A stretch of 59,614 bases of DNA, filler included, from Squatina squatina (GCA_031763465.1; 3 parts of 3 records of this genome joined end to end with filler, not necessarily neighbours in it), one strand, 5' to 3'; numbered from the whole stretch's first letter, positions 1-13,233 are shown. Notes: generated by a model from the sequence alone, not told the origin. Numbers and translations are program-made.

Positions 1-280
1 CTTGTCTGCTCTCTCAGGTGGATATGTAAGATCCCACAGCACTGTTTTGGGAAGAGCAAGGGAGTTATCCCTGGTGTCCTGGCCAATATTTATCCATTAA
101 TCAACATCACTAAATAGATTGTCTCGTCATTATCACATTTCTGTTTCTGTTTGCTGTGTGCAAATTGGCTGCCGTGTTTCCTACATTACAACAGTATTTC
201 AAAATGACTTAATTGGTTGTAAAGCGCTTTGGGACGTCTGGTGCTTGTGAAAGGTGCTATATAAATGCAAGTCTTTCTTT
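1..280 (+). mobile_element. Deu-domain SINE (SacSINE1/AmnSINE1-like), 5'-truncated by the window edge
   Basis: Body GTCCTGGCCAATATTTATCC...TGTGTGCAAATTGGCTGCC and L2-like tail GCGCTTTGGGACGTC...GCTATATAAATGCAAGT. Related copies at ~33146-33535, ~42745-43010 (minus) and ~44420-44825. Family name is from recall. Confidence 0.7.
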
Positions 281-1289
281 CTGTGTATTATGGGTTTTCT
301 GTGTCAAAGGGTCTGTCTGTGTATTTGTGGGTTTCAGATAGACATTTTCTGTACAGCTGACATGTTTCCTGTCACCAAAGGTTTCTGCTGCAGAAAAATG
401 GTGTTAAAATGGTTCCCATTATATTTATTTTAAAATATCCTGTTTCTTTTATACAGTGTAATGCATACCAGAAGTACTGGAAACATTTTTTAAAGGGCTT
501 GGAGATAATAAAAATTCCCTGGTGGAAAGATTCTTTCCCAGGGGAATGCTGCTGGCAGGGAAGAATTCCGGGGCCTCTTCCTTTCTCCTGCTAAACTCTT
601 GCATTCTCAGGTACCTGCCACCTCCTGGTAACCTCATCCAATTGGCCTGAGCTGAAAGTGAGTATCAGCAAGCTATTCCAGCATGGAAGGCATCACAACT
701 GAGCCTCTCTACCTCTCTTTCCACCTTTAAGATGCTCCTTAACACCTATCTTTGACCAACTTGTCTTGCGTGTGGTTCGGCATCACATTTTGTCAGATAA
801 CGCCCCTGCGCAGTGTTATCTTGGGACACTTGACTGCAATTAAGGCGCTACAGAAATGCAAGTTGTTGTTGCCAAGTGCGTGCCATGTCTTTCGGTCTTG
901 GATAAATCAGTTTGAATTTATCACTAGAGGGCGCTCCTGATTTACCTTTCTGCAGTGCATTTTGGGTAGAATTTCAGCTTGCCAGGAACACCGAAACCAA
1001 AAAAAAGTCTTACTGATGAAAAATAATCTACATTTTATTTTTTCACATCAATGGAATATTCTTCAAAACATTTAGCGTAATTCTGTATATAATTTGTCAG
1101 TTGACATTTATCATCCCAAGAAAGGGTTGCTGATATCTTGCAAATGCTGTCATGCAGCAGTCCTGGCAATNNNNNNNNNNTACATTCTAAATCTTGAGCC
1201 ATCGTTAATAATGGTACTCACTAATAATATAGTGCCTTGTTCCAATAGGTGAAACAGCCTAATTTCATTCTTGGTTTTTTTTCTTTCAG

Positions 1290-1447
1290 TGTATGTTATC
1301 TGTAAACAAGGAAATGATTCCCAGAAGGCTGTTAAAATCCTGCAGGAGATACTGGACAATGAGCTCTGCTCGTTATCGGTGAAGGATATCCAGGGTGGAC
1401 TAATAGCCTGGGCTCGTAAGATTGATCCAACCTTCCCACAGTATTGA
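1290..1447 (+). CDS. MOCS3: MOCS3/Uba4 terminal coding exon (C-terminus of the rhodanese-like domain)
   Basis: Acceptor ttttttttctttcag, then [51 protein letters not shown]. Matches the recalled MOCS3 C-terminus ([14 protein letters not shown]...GGLMAWAAKIDGTFPQY) with the active-site CxxGND loop. Confidence 0.93.
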
Positions 1448-2059
1448 NNNNNNNNNNNNNNNNNNNNNNNNNNNNNNNNNNNNNNNNNNNNNNNNNNNNN
1501 NNNNNNNNNNNNNNNNNNNNNNNNNNNNNNNNNNNNNNNNNNNNNNNTGTCCGACACAGTGCTTCAAATTTCTATAAGTTACGATATAACTACAATCACT
1601 GTGAATAGTGTTGTCACTGCTTCTTCGTGCTGGTCACATTGCAGTATAAGGATCTACCAGGTGAGAATCATACTGGCCGATACTGGTATCTGACCAGTCT
1701 TAATCACAGAATGGTAGTCGAATCATTTTTGGAAGATCGACACTACCAGTAGTTTTTGTGACTTGCGTGGTATTTTGATGCCGTCCGCTAATCGTCACTA
1801 CTGGGGAGAGGTAAATGGACCCCTCTGATGTAATGAACATTTGTATACATGTCTATCCACTCATCCCAGGTGTATGGTTTACAGAGGGAATGTATAGTTG
1901 ATCATATTATACAATAGAGGCACTAGCCTGCGCTATTTCAGTTTGTATTGCTAACATCAAATGAAATTTCGTAATTTATTATACGAACAACAAAATTATA
2001 ACACTTAATAACCTTTGATCCAGTTTTCAAATAAAGTATAGTTCAGAAAAAATGTCATT

Positions 2060-3324
2060 GGCCACAATGCGTCTGCGCCAGCATTAACTGTTTAACTGGA
2101 GCTATCTACTCTGATTTCCCCGCTCTTATTTCATATTCGCCAAGGATAAACGGTCCAGTACTTTTTATGTAAGTGCATTTTTAATATGACATTACCTTGT
2201 ACACGTCTTCAGATTGTGTGGTAACTGCACCGCTTGTGGTAACTATTAATGCTGAAGATACGTGTAAGGGAACATCCCGTTTACGAACTTGTAAATTTGT
2301 TATTTTGTGGTGAATCGAGTGAACGTGTGCCTGTTTGGAAGTGGAGTCACCTTAAAAGCGCTTACACGAGTCATGTGACTCGAGAGCGTCCAGCGGTGGG
2401 TACATATGGGTGGAAATCCGCAAGTTGAGGTGCAAACTGATGATCGCATTGCTAGATCGGCGTTTGGTAACCCGTTGTCAATCAGAATTCAGAAGTGGCA
2501 CCACAACTCCCGTGCATTGTGTAACGGATGTAGTAACCTCGACTTGCCTACTCGCAACGCTGTTATGGATCTTCATTTGAAAGCAGCTGTTTGTGTGTCA
2601 AGCGCTCTGGGGACTCCTGTGGTTTGGTAACTATTTCTTTCTTTCACGATTGGTGTCACCAAATCCCGTGCATTTCGCAATAAGTGTTTCCGGTCAACTC
2701 TGATAGCCTCGTCTGGTGAAAACAATGTAAAACAAACACCAAAGTAAATCACCGAGCCTGGTTTCAATGTTCAGGAACAGCCGCGTGCAACCAACGGCAA
2801 TTAATGTGAATCGAGATGAACGGATATTCGAGATTTAAGACCATCCGGTCCTTTAAGAACTCTTAACCTCAGTAGCACAGTTTGTTTCCCCCTCCCCACA
2901 TCTGCCTATTTACCGGGAAATGGAAATGGAGACACAATGAAAAATAAGAGGCTGTTAACTGGTATACGGGTGTTTTTAAGTTACTGGTGCTGTGCTTTGA
3001 GTTGAAAGCTGTCTCTTTCGTGCTCACAACATACGGACTTCCCATCCATAGGAAACATGAAAACTGGATGATTGAGTGCAGCTTAAAATCAGAATGCTTA
3101 CACATCCTCGGGTTTCTTTTTAAATTTTGTTGCTGTCGGTATTAATGTGCATGTTGGAAAGTTGGTAATAAAACAAAACATCATCTTTTCATTGAGCCTC
3201 CCCCTCTCTTTTTTGCAGGGTATTTCCGGTGACGGATTGAGCGTCTGGCGACGGCGGATAGAAGCTTCGGAGCAGAGCGAGAGAGAGAGAAAGCGCAGAG
3301 CGGGGAACAATGAGTGGGGCATCC
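2060..3324. promoter_or_regulatory. CpG-enriched region, probable PRKD3 promoter/5' end
   Basis: CG dinucleotides are visibly denser than in the flanking DNA (by eye, not computed). No recognisable repeats. Lies between the MOCS3 stop and the first PRKD3 coding exons. Confidence 0.5.
3219..3324 (+). other. Candidate PRKD3 5' exon, possibly with the start codon (ATG 3310, MSGAS...), truncated by a gap
   Basis: Strong acceptor ctctcttttttgcag followed by GC-rich sequence and ACAATGAG. Only 5 codons are visible before the N gap. Confidence 0.35.
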
Positions 3325-4521
3325 NNNNNNNNNNNNNNNNNNNNNNNNNNNNNNNNNNNNNNNNNNNNNNNNNNNNNNNNNNNNNNNNNNNNNNNNNNNN
3401 NNNNNNNNNNNNNNNNNNNNNNNNGCCATTTGCCAAGTAGATTGCCCTGAAAATGTGCAGTGGTTCATCTTGCTAATAATGGTTTAGCATTGGTATTTAT
3501 TTTCCGCTCATAGGTTATTGTAAGGGAGCTTTGACTTGAAATCTGTAAGTGCTGCCGTTTGCAAGCTTGGTGGAAAAACACTGCTGTGAGTTTTTGAAGT
3601 GTTTCTTTGGCAACTTTGCTTTTATCTGTTCGAGGTTGCAAAGCGAATCTGGCATTTTTAATTGGCTCCCCACCTTCTCTCCCAACATAGAACCTGCTGG
3701 CATCCCCATTGTAACGCTACAGTAAACAGATTGCCCAGAATCTGTGTCCATTTTAAATGCTACAGTCAAATTTCCATGTATTTAGTTTGTACTTCCTGAG
3801 ATAATGTATGCCATATGTGAATGGTACTTTATTTAACAAATACTTGCTCCTTTGCAGATGAAAGATATTTAGAAAAAACTAAAATGCATACTGTTAGACT
3901 CAAAAGTCTACCTATCAGAAGCTAGTGGAAGTAATATTCGTGGTTCTCAACCCTTTGGATAAACTAATACACATGTGGATCAATATTGGTAAAACATTTG
4001 TTGTTCCTCTGTTTGAAGACCACACAAGTAGGCGCGAATGACATGCATACTACAGATGAGGGTACATGAAAGCGAACTGAGAGGGTGGTCTGCCTCCACT
4101 TTTGGATACTCAAATCCCAAATCTAGTGCTGGAATATCACATGAAATCACTTAAATTCAAGCATACGGAAGCACATTGTACACATAATTGTGATGGAGCA
4201 CAGTGCATTTGTCATTCGTCCACATGTGCTGGTTGCTGCAGCAGTGCTTTAAGATCTCTACGTATGAATACTTGAACTACTTGTGCAGTGATTGCCTCAC
4301 AAAGGTCTTAACTCCTGCTGTATTTCCTGACTTGATGGCCAACCTTTTGTAACAGCACTGGCCAACCTATGTCTTGGGAGCCACATGCAGCTTTTTGTGG
4401 CTGAAGTGTAGTTTGTTCTTCACTTATCTTTGGTTGCCCCCCACATCTGATCCACAGGGAGCATGGGATAGGTGTGAATAGGGAGCTATCATTGCTGCTA
4501 CAAGGCTGGACTCTAGCAGAA

Positions 4522-4856
4522 TAGGGTTGCCAATTCTAGGAGTTANNNNNNNNNNCACTGCCTCCAACCATCCCATCCCTACACTCCTGCCATTGCCCAA
4601 CATGCCTATACTTGCAGTACACTGCCTTCCCACGCCATTGTGAAGGCTCTTCGTTACCCATTTGGATCATTCTTGACTGTCAGTCAAACAGCCTTCTCCC
4701 CACCCATGTCCAATATTCTTTAACTAGTAAATAAAAGTTTAGAATTTTTTTTATTGCCCCTAAGATTTATCTTTTGGGTGTTGGTAGTGTTGTCCTGCAG
4801 ACTTGTATTTGATTCCTGGGAAGCTCCAGGGCAATCCTGGAGAGTTGGCAACCCTA
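4522..4856. mobile_element. Non-autonomous hAT element (Blackjack-like MITE)
   Basis: TIRs TAGGGTTGCCAA / TTGGCAACCCTA. Near-perfect 8-bp TSD tagcagaa (4514-4521) / cagcagaa (4857-4864); 8-bp TSDs are diagnostic of hAT. Confidence 0.75.
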
Positions 4857-5164
4857 CAGCAGAAAATTAACCAAATGGACTTTCGGAGACACTACTGCCT
4901 AATCGTGAGATTGTTTTTGATGTAAAAATGGTGATGCATCTTGGGCCCGGTAGATCATGGAAGTTGGACACAATGTACATATTGAAAGCAAGTGACGGAA
5001 CAGAAGACAGGCCAGCATTGACTTATCAATCAACTCGGGTAGGAACCCTAATTTGCACCAGCTCCTATTCTTCGCATTGAGGAGGATTCCAGGCAAGTAA
5101 TTAATCACACTTTTTAAATTTCAAGTGATTGCTGCCTATCAATCATATCTCAAATATAGATATA

Positions 5165-6090
5165 GAATGATGGGGTAGAAAGGGAGGAATGAGTGAATCT
5201 GAGGCAAGGAGATGGGGAATGAGGAGACAGAGGAACAGGAGGTGAAGGAAAGGGAGAGTGTCAGGGAGAGGGAGGAAAGCAACTTCTGGAAGAGTTGGAG
5301 AACGCAGACCATGGCTCTGTTGTGTCACTTGTTTCCATTGAGCTGCCAGGTGATGGAGCAATGGAAAGCCAGAGCCACACGCTTCCCTTCTTCTCTTGGA
5401 GTGCACCCGTCCCCTNNNNNNNNNNNNNNNNNNNNNNNNNNNNNNNNNNNNNNNNNNNNNNNNNNNNNNNNNNNNNNNNNNNNNNNNNNNNNNNNNNNNN
5501 NNNNNNNNNNNNNNNNNNNNNNNNNNNNNNNNNNNNNNNNNNNNNNNNNNNNNNNNNNNNNNNNNNNNNNNNNNNNNNNNNNNNNNNNNNNNNNNNNNNN
5601 NNNNNNNNNNNNNNNNNNNNNNNNNNNNNNNNNNNNNNNNNNNNNNNNNNNNNNNNNNNNNNNNNNNNNNNNNNNNNNNNNNNNNNNNNNNNNNNNNNNN
5701 NNNNNNNNNNNNNNNNNNNNNNNNNNNNNNNNNNNNNNNNNNNNNNNNNNNNNNNNNNNNNNNNNNNNNNNNNNNNNNNNNNNNNNNNNNNNNNNNNNNN
5801 NNNNNNNNNNNNNNNNNNNNNNNNNNNNNNNNNNNNNNNNNNNNNNNNNNNNNNNNNNNNNNNNNNNNNNNNNNNNNNNNNNNNNNNNNNNNNNNNNNNN
5901 NNNNNNNNNNNNNNNNNNNNNNNNNNNNNNNNNNNNNNNNNNNNCAAGGAGATGGGGAATGAGGAGAGAAGGAATTAAATAGAAGTGAATGAGAGCGAGC
6001 ATGAGTGGGGAAAGGGTGAATGTGAGATTTGGAAAAGTGTGAGGTAGGAGACTGGGGATTGCGAAAGGGACCCAAGAAAGTATAATACAA
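5165..6090 (+). repeat. Purine-rich low-complexity repeat spanning a gap
   Basis: GA-rich. CAAGGAGATGGGGAATGAGGAGA occurs on both sides of the 5416-5944 gap (5205 and 5945). Confidence 0.55.
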
Positions 6091-6429
6091 TGTTCAACTA
6101 AATAGTGTAAACAAAATATGTCAAACGTGTATTGATGAGCTAGATTTCAAAATTGCTTGTAAGACTTTAGTTGCAGTGACAATATTCGTAAACCTACTTG
6201 TGTATATACTTTATTTTAAACGTGCAGCTCATTGTTGGTGTCCAATTGAATGGCTGGATCACTCCTTTTTAATAATGAGGACATCTGAGTTGGGCAACTG
6301 CCTGTCCCTATGGGTCATGTGAATGTTAAAGACCAAATTCTGCCAACCAACCTTCTCTCCAAAACCAGTGCAAAAATTAACTGGTTATTCATCTCGCCTA
6401 AAAGAGTGGCGGAGCAGATGTAATATTCC

Positions 6430-6572
6430 TGTTCAAAAAGGAAATTTGAGATATACTTGAAAAGGAAATATTTGTAGGGCTATTGGGGAAGAGTAGCAGA
6501 GCAGTGGGACTAATTGGAAAGCTCTTTCAAAGAACCGGCATAGGCATGATGGGCTGAATGGCATCCTGTATT
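6430..6572 (+). mobile_element. CR1 LINE 3' end fragment
   Basis: TTCAAAAAGGAAATT...GATGGGCTGAATGGCATCCTG is typical of CR1 3' tails. A similar tail occurs at 22200-22270. Confidence 0.6.
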
Positions 6573-7134
6573 GTAAGATCATCTGTGTGTAAAATGGCTG
6601 CCATGTTTGCCTACAGAAACCACTGCAATTTAAAGTAATTATGTGTAAATTGCTTTGATAGTTTTTAGGCTCAAGGCGCAAAATAAATGCAAGTCTTTAA
6701 TTTTTTTTTTAAAGATATAGTATTTTAATTTCCCATATGGATTTTATCAGCAACTTCACTGGTTTTATTTACTAAAAGAAACAGGTCTTAACCATTTCAA
6801 GAAATGATTTTTGTGGCTTCCTTTTTCCAGTAAAAATATAAAACTGGGAAATGATTCTTAAAGGGGCACTGTCTTAAGGAAAACACTTTTGGGATGGAGA
6901 AGATCTGGGCATCCATTTTTGTAATGAATTATCAGTGATTGGGGGGGGACTTGATTCGTTGAAGGATCGTGAATGATCAAATGGTTTGGGAACGGGGGCC
7001 CTTAAGTGACTGGAAAGATTATTAAGTGATCAAANNNNNNNNNNNNNNNNNNNNNNNNNNNNNNNNNNNNNNNNNNNNNNNNNNNNNNNNNNNNNNNNNN
7101 NNNNNNNNNNNNNNNNNNNNNNNNNNNNNNNNNN

Positions 7135-7378
7135 GAGGCCTGCAAAGCCCGACCAGCTTCAGCTAAATTCAAATTGGAGGTTAAAGCGGAGGCTTCCACC
7201 CTCATTCTAGTATTTTTCTAGATGGCCCGCTTCCTGGCAGCAGGTTGAATGCCTGGCCCCGTCCCGCCTCCGTTAAAACTGGAAGTGGGCGGGTTCTGGT
7301 CGGAATTCAGATTTTTAACACTAACTTCCTACACAACCCCAACCCACCTGTATTTTTTAGGTTAAAACGTCCCCCATT
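7135..7378. mobile_element. GC-rich DNA-transposon end (Harbinger-like), truncated by a gap
   Basis: CpG-rich segment ending TTAAAACGTCCCC then ATT, like the other CCC-terminated element ends in the window. Confidence 0.4.
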
Positions 7379-10279
7379 AAGAGGGAAATCACTCTCTCTA
7401 GAAAAGAGAGAAGGGGACAGTCTGGACTCGAAACCTTTCCTGCTGGAGATAAATAACTGAAGTAATAGTGTGAGTTTAATTGTGGCATATAGCTCCTTAA
7501 AGTGTTGAGTTAACACATTGCAGTAAGCTGCCTTTTATCGACAACAATCTGCTGTAAGAAAGTTAATATTTAACAATGTATTAGTGACGATTTAAATTAG
7601 GAGAAATGATGCATTTTCTTGTGTAATAGCTGCTACTTGGCAACAGCTGTGATGAAAGTCGCCTACGCCCATGGTTTTAACTAAATGTACTGTTTTTCTA
7701 AAATTACAGTACAACAATTGCAGCATTTTCTTGGTACACAATACCAGCACAATAATGTCTTCAATCTACGCAATTAAAGTAGAACAAAGACGCATTTAGA
7801 ATCTGCATTCTACTTATAAGTTTTTGTTCAATTTAACCCGATTTCCCTGGGTGAGTAAGCAGTTGNNNNNNNNNNCTGTAACCAAATATTTAAGGGTGTC
7901 GATAAGAGTAGCGACAGTGAGTTTCTATCTTTTTTTGAAGGATGCCCCCCTTCCCCATCCTGCTATGGACATGGAGCCAGCCTCGCATCATTCTTCCTTC
8001 ATAAACCTTAGCTTATCTAAAACTCTGCTGCCCGTATTCTGGCCCACATCAAGTTCTGCTCGCCAGTCACACTCCAAGGTAAGATTGCAACACTTTCCAG
8101 TGCATAATCTCCAGCAGTTTTCATTGTCCCACCACCACAGTACAAGTAAGTGGCTGGAGCCGGAACAATAAAAGAAAACATCACTCAAAGTCTGAGAATC
8201 TGATGGTGACCTTCAAAAGTGCTTCTCATGAACAGTGTCATTGAGCTTGACTGTACTTAAGAAGTCCCCAGCATGCCTTTTTTTTTGAGTTTCAGCAATG
8301 TTAAAAGTAAAAACAAACTTTTCCCANNNNNNNNNNNNNNNNNNNNNNNNNNNNNNNNNNNNNNNNNNNNNNNNNNNNNNNNNNNNNNNNNNNNNNNNNN
8401 NNNNNNNNNNNNNNNNNNNNNNNNNNCAACTCTAACAATATAGTCCTCCTCCTGAAGTGTTGGTCAAGAATGAAGGCAAAGTTCCTGGTGTGATTCATGT
8501 AGAATAACCCACAAGAGGATACAAACCATTGCTAGGGTGTCATTGGACATGAAAAAATCTAAGAACCACCAGGGTTGAGAGTTAGATATTTCTATTCATT
8601 GGGACTAACTGTGGTACCCCAAATCTCAGTGAGACTTCCTCTTTTAAAGCACTTTTCACTCTATACCTCCTTGATAAGCGTGAGGGCAGGTAACCTCCTC
8701 CCAAAGCTGCTCATAACCTAGCCATGTGGAAGTGGTTCCGGGACGATCCACTTTCCTTTCGTTCCTTTACAGCTCACTCTCTGGTTTTTGCATGGCACCT
8801 CCCAAAAATACTATGACTGACTGCAATTCCAGTATGTGGGAATTGTGGATGTAAACCATCCCTTGTTTATATTTGGGGTGATGCCATCCAGTTGCAGAGT
8901 TGTCTTAGAACATTTTCAGCACTACTCTGTCTAAATATTCTCATCGCTTGGAAGGCTGTGTGTGAGTCTGCATATTGGCTGACTGACTTAATCAACAGAA
9001 AGTTAACTTCATATCTTGTTAAATTGCTGAAAGATTTTATAATGCCCAACAGAGAGAATTTCTAGAAAATGCTTGGAAGAATGACATGACAGTGCCTTGT
9101 TTTGATAATCCAGGCTTACTTTCTGAACAGTGATGCTGGGGTTGTAGTTGAAAGCAATATTTTACATTTGCTGGCGCATATTTAAGTGGATGTTGCGAGC
9201 CGTAACTGAAACTTGTTGGCTCCAGAACTCGTTCAGTGAGCTTAACCTGATTTAAATATTTAAGAAGTTTTAAATTCTGATGCTTAATAAATGAACAGTC
9301 TCATTAATGGCAGTTAAGGGGATCAGTGTTCGTAACATTAGAGTTTTGTAGCTTTCTGTCATCCTTTATTATTCATACCTTAATAAAAGTGAGCCTCAGG
9401 ATCTTATTAATGCAGGAGTGGCTAGCTGTGCCAAAATCAACATGTGAAGCTCTTGCTGATTTTCTTTCTGTTTGTTAATAGTGAAGACAATAAAACGATA
9501 AAATGAATCTGCTGATGCATAAAAGCTGGGATCAAAGGAAGCCCTAGCACCCCATCTATNNNNNNNNNNNNNNNNNNNNNNNNNNNNNNNNNNNNNNNNN
9601 NNNNNNNNNNNNNNNNNNNNNNNNNNNNNNNNNNNNNNNNNNNNNNNNNNNNNNNNNNNTTGCAGATGCCACTGATGTTGCGTACAGCTGACTGGTAGAC
9701 TGTAGAGCAGAGAATCTTTGCTGTATGTCTTTCCCCAACTGGATAGTGGAACGAACCCAATTTGAAGCATGCCCTGCCAGTTGGCAAGTGGCTGATGCAC
9801 CAAATTGTGTTCTTGAATTGTCCTTTGACTTATGGCTGGCCGAATGACATTGGTATAACAAAGCAAGCCAACAGCAAGTAATGTGTTAATGTTAAACCTC
9901 CATTCAGCAGCCAGCTTTTCTTCAGCGTCCATCGCTGCTCTTTCCATTCAGAAGTAACTCCCTCTGTGCTTCCTCTGCTAAACCACTAAAACCCTTCTTC
10001 AGAGTATGCACCTTGGGACTGGTATATGTCTCAAGTGGTGATGGCACTGGGTGCTATGGTCACACTTGTTGCTGACATAGCTCGGCTTGCTGATTCAAGG
10101 TTGTGGCATCGCTGTAATTTTTTAAAAAAGGCACCTAAGTGCACAAGCATTGTTGGACATTTTGCTGCACAAACTGTGCATGGCACATCTGACAGTGAGA
10201 AACATCGGCACTTTACAACTGCTGAAACACATTTGCACAGATTAAATATATTAATTATAACCATACAAACCAAGAAAAT

Positions 10280-10999
10280 GGCCCTGAATTTGCAATCGAA
10301 GGCTTCCTGCATGCAGAGGCCTCCGATGGCAAAAATATCGACATACTTACCGAAGGGTCCTCGATCCATGTGACCTTGCGAGTTGCAGCTCCCAACCACC
10401 CCACTCCACCCGAGTTGGAGATTCGGAGCGGGCCTCTAGATTCCCGGGCATGTTGAGCAAAGAGGCTGGAGAGGTCACATGGGAGGCCCCAACCAATCAG
10501 GTAGGTGTACCTTTCATTGAACTTTTGACAGATCTCAGTGATCTGTTAAAACTTCAATGAAAAATGAAAAACAACACACATCCCAAAACATTTTTAAAAC
10601 TATTCCAACATTAAAATTTAATAAAAAGGAGATAACATTTTTTTGAAGTTTAAAAGAAAAATCTTTTAAAATGTTTATAAACGCACTGGGAATGGTTTTA
10701 AAGTAATGTCCTATTAATTTTTTTTGATTTTAAATTTTTTAACAACTCTTATGCTGGTAAAAACCAAACAGATATGCTAGGTTTTACCAGACATAAAAAT
10801 CTCCAACAGATTTCCATCGCAAGATTTGCAAAAATCTTGCAAATCTCAGTGCTGGGAATCAGTTACGCAGCCTAAGCATTGGTTCCGTCAAGAAGAATCT
10901 GACATCGCAAATGCTGGTTCTGCGGGTTTACACTCATCATCCACAGATCCGGCATTTGTGAACATCGTTCCCACCCAGGGAGATCGCAATTTCAGGCCC
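10280..10999. mobile_element. 720-bp MITE with TIRs and 3-bp TSD (PIF/Harbinger-like)
   Basis: Left end GGCCCTGAATTTGCAATC, right end GATCGCAATTTCAGGCCC, flanked by AAT on both sides (10277-10279, 11000-11002), with an AT-rich centre. The same terminus recurs at 42697-42734. Confidence 0.75.
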
Positions 11000-12109
11000 A
11001 ATATTTCCCTCCAACTTGTGCACTTGCATTTATATAGTGCCTTTTGCAATCTCCAGACGCCCCAAAGTACTTTGGAAGTTTTTGGAAATGGAAAACTCAA
11101 CAAGTCCAGCGCTCATAGCCTTATTTTTTAACCGCAAAATCCAGGCCAATATTTTGTCTCCTAACATTTTGTGAAGGCGGGTGGACTTTTTATTGGCTTC
11201 AACTCTTCAAGATAGCTGGTGGATATTGTAAACAAAGTTATTATTCTAACCTGAATTTCCCCCCCCCACCAAAGGCTTGTGTGTGTGAACGTGGCATTTC
11301 TTTGCCTATCTCCTTTTCAAAAGAAAAATGTATTTATTCCCCGCCACTTTTTTTCAACAATTGTTAACTTATGATTTTGAAAATAGAAGAAAAATGAGTC
11401 CTGATCAAACCACTGAATATTGTTATTGCTTCCTAACATTTGCTAGGGAAATGAAGCCCATCTGTTTCTATGATCCCTTACTTTTCTGAGACCTCCATGA
11501 TTAGTTTGGCAATTAGAATGTGTCCAACCTGCAGCATGTTCATGATCTTATCATGCAAAGAAGAAAAAACCTTACAGAAATAGCACTGCTTCCGGCAGTC
11601 TACAGGAAATATTAAAAAACATGTGCGCACACACACACACAGACACAGCTGGCAATAACTGCTCAATAGGGTGACTACTGCAGTTTCACTGATATACAAA
11701 TTACATAGCACTTAAGAGACACAGAGCTAACATTATAAAGTGATTGTAGCTTGGATGGGTTCAGGCAGGATTCACTTTGCACACGTCACTTTGCAGAAGG
11801 TATGAAGTCAGGAGTGTTAACTTTACCTTTTTTTTTCAGCACCCCGATGAACTGACCACAGATGTGAGTCATGCAGGCATTCGACTTGCATGGAACATAA
11901 ACATGGACCTGGATGACCTGTTTCTGCACTGTAAATCCTATGTAATGTACCACTTAACAAGTAAAGTAGCTCAGTAATACACCACAATTCCTGTGGTAGT
12001 TGAGGGAAGTAAATGTGTTTTGTGCTCCTCTTCACTTTCCATTTCCCTCTTCTAGAGGCGGTGATGCCACTCATGGATGAAGAATGGGTATTTGTATGAG
12101 GTATTGCTG

Positions 12110-12375
12110 AGTGTTAGCAGGTTGTTTGACCATGGGATTAATGAGCTGAGCCTGACCCTGTTCTCATCTGATGTCCACATGCACACACTTTCCAGTAGAA
12201 CACTGATCATGCGCAGGAGCTGTGGCAGACTTTTCTCTTTGCTAATAATATTTTCTCAGTCCCCCCACCACCACATGCTGGACCAAGGATGTGAAAATCT
12301 GTTGCAGTGCTCCAAGTGAGATGAGAGAACTTGGAACAGATCAAGGATTAAACCTGGGATTGCCCCGATCTGTAC
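12110..12375 (-). mobile_element. Old SINE-like repeat (unnamed family)
   Basis: CATGCACACACTTTCCAGTAG is the reverse complement of the CTACTGGAAAGTGTGTGT motif at ~57786. Related remnants at ~25620-25690, ~51560-51730 and ~58110-58200. Confidence 0.45.
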
Positions 12376-13185
12376 CCTCAAAGCCTCACCAATGCTACGT
12401 GAGCACAGATAGTGATGTTGTGAAACTGTTGTTCTGAGACATTATCTAAAAGTTGCATCTTTTAATGTAGAGTAACAAGAATTTATGGCTCTCGTGGCAA
12501 CAAGCTCTATCACTTATTCACATGAAGCATAGNNNNNNNNNNNNNNNNNNNNNNNNNNNNNNNNNNNNNNNNNNNNNNNNNNNNNNNNNNNNNNNNNNNN
12601 NNNNNNNNNNNNNNNNNNNNNNNNNNNNNNNNTTCTTTTTCTAAACATTTCTTTCACTCACGAGCAGTAATGTGTTGCGAGAGGAAATAAGCTTTAGTCA
12701 ATTTCTTCTCTTTTTTGTTTTAAAGTTAAAATTGCCGAGGAATAAATAGAGGATTTGAGCCATTTGTTTGCTGCACAGACCATCCTCGGCCTCTGAGTGA
12801 GATTGTCAGTTAGTGCAAAATTAGGGACAGTTTGCATGTGGTCCTGTGAACATAACATAATCACTAAAAACTGGATTGTAATGGAAAACCTTTCTAAAAG
12901 CTTAATGTTTGTCTCTTTACACTTAAATGGCATTGTTATTAATATATTGTGATGTATCACCAGATGTGTATTGATGTATGTATGAATGTAACTATATTGT
13001 CACACAAGTTTTTTATTTTAAGAAAACCGTTTTCAAAAGTTTGTTGTGACAGCTGCACAAAACAGGTCGTTCATCATGTTTGGATTTTTTTGGAGAAAAC
13101 GTCTGTCATTTAAACGTTGAAGAGAAATTGTTTATTAGATGAGTGAGTTTGGCGTCTGTAAATTTCTAATCTGTTTTTACTTCAG

Positions 13186-13233
13186 TTCCCAGAATGTGGC
13201 TTTTTTGGAATGTATGACAAGATCTTACTCTTT
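13186..13233 (+). CDS. PRKD3: Protein kinase D3 exon (ubiquitin-like domain), 3'-truncated by a gap
   Basis: Acceptor ttttacttcag, then FPECGFFGMYDKILLF, matching recalled PRKD3. Confidence 0.88.

Noticed and set aside
9396-10399. 100-180 aa ORFs in a PRKD3 intron
   Set aside because: No recognisable domain or splice structure; they partly span a gap or the MITE and are probably decayed repeat.
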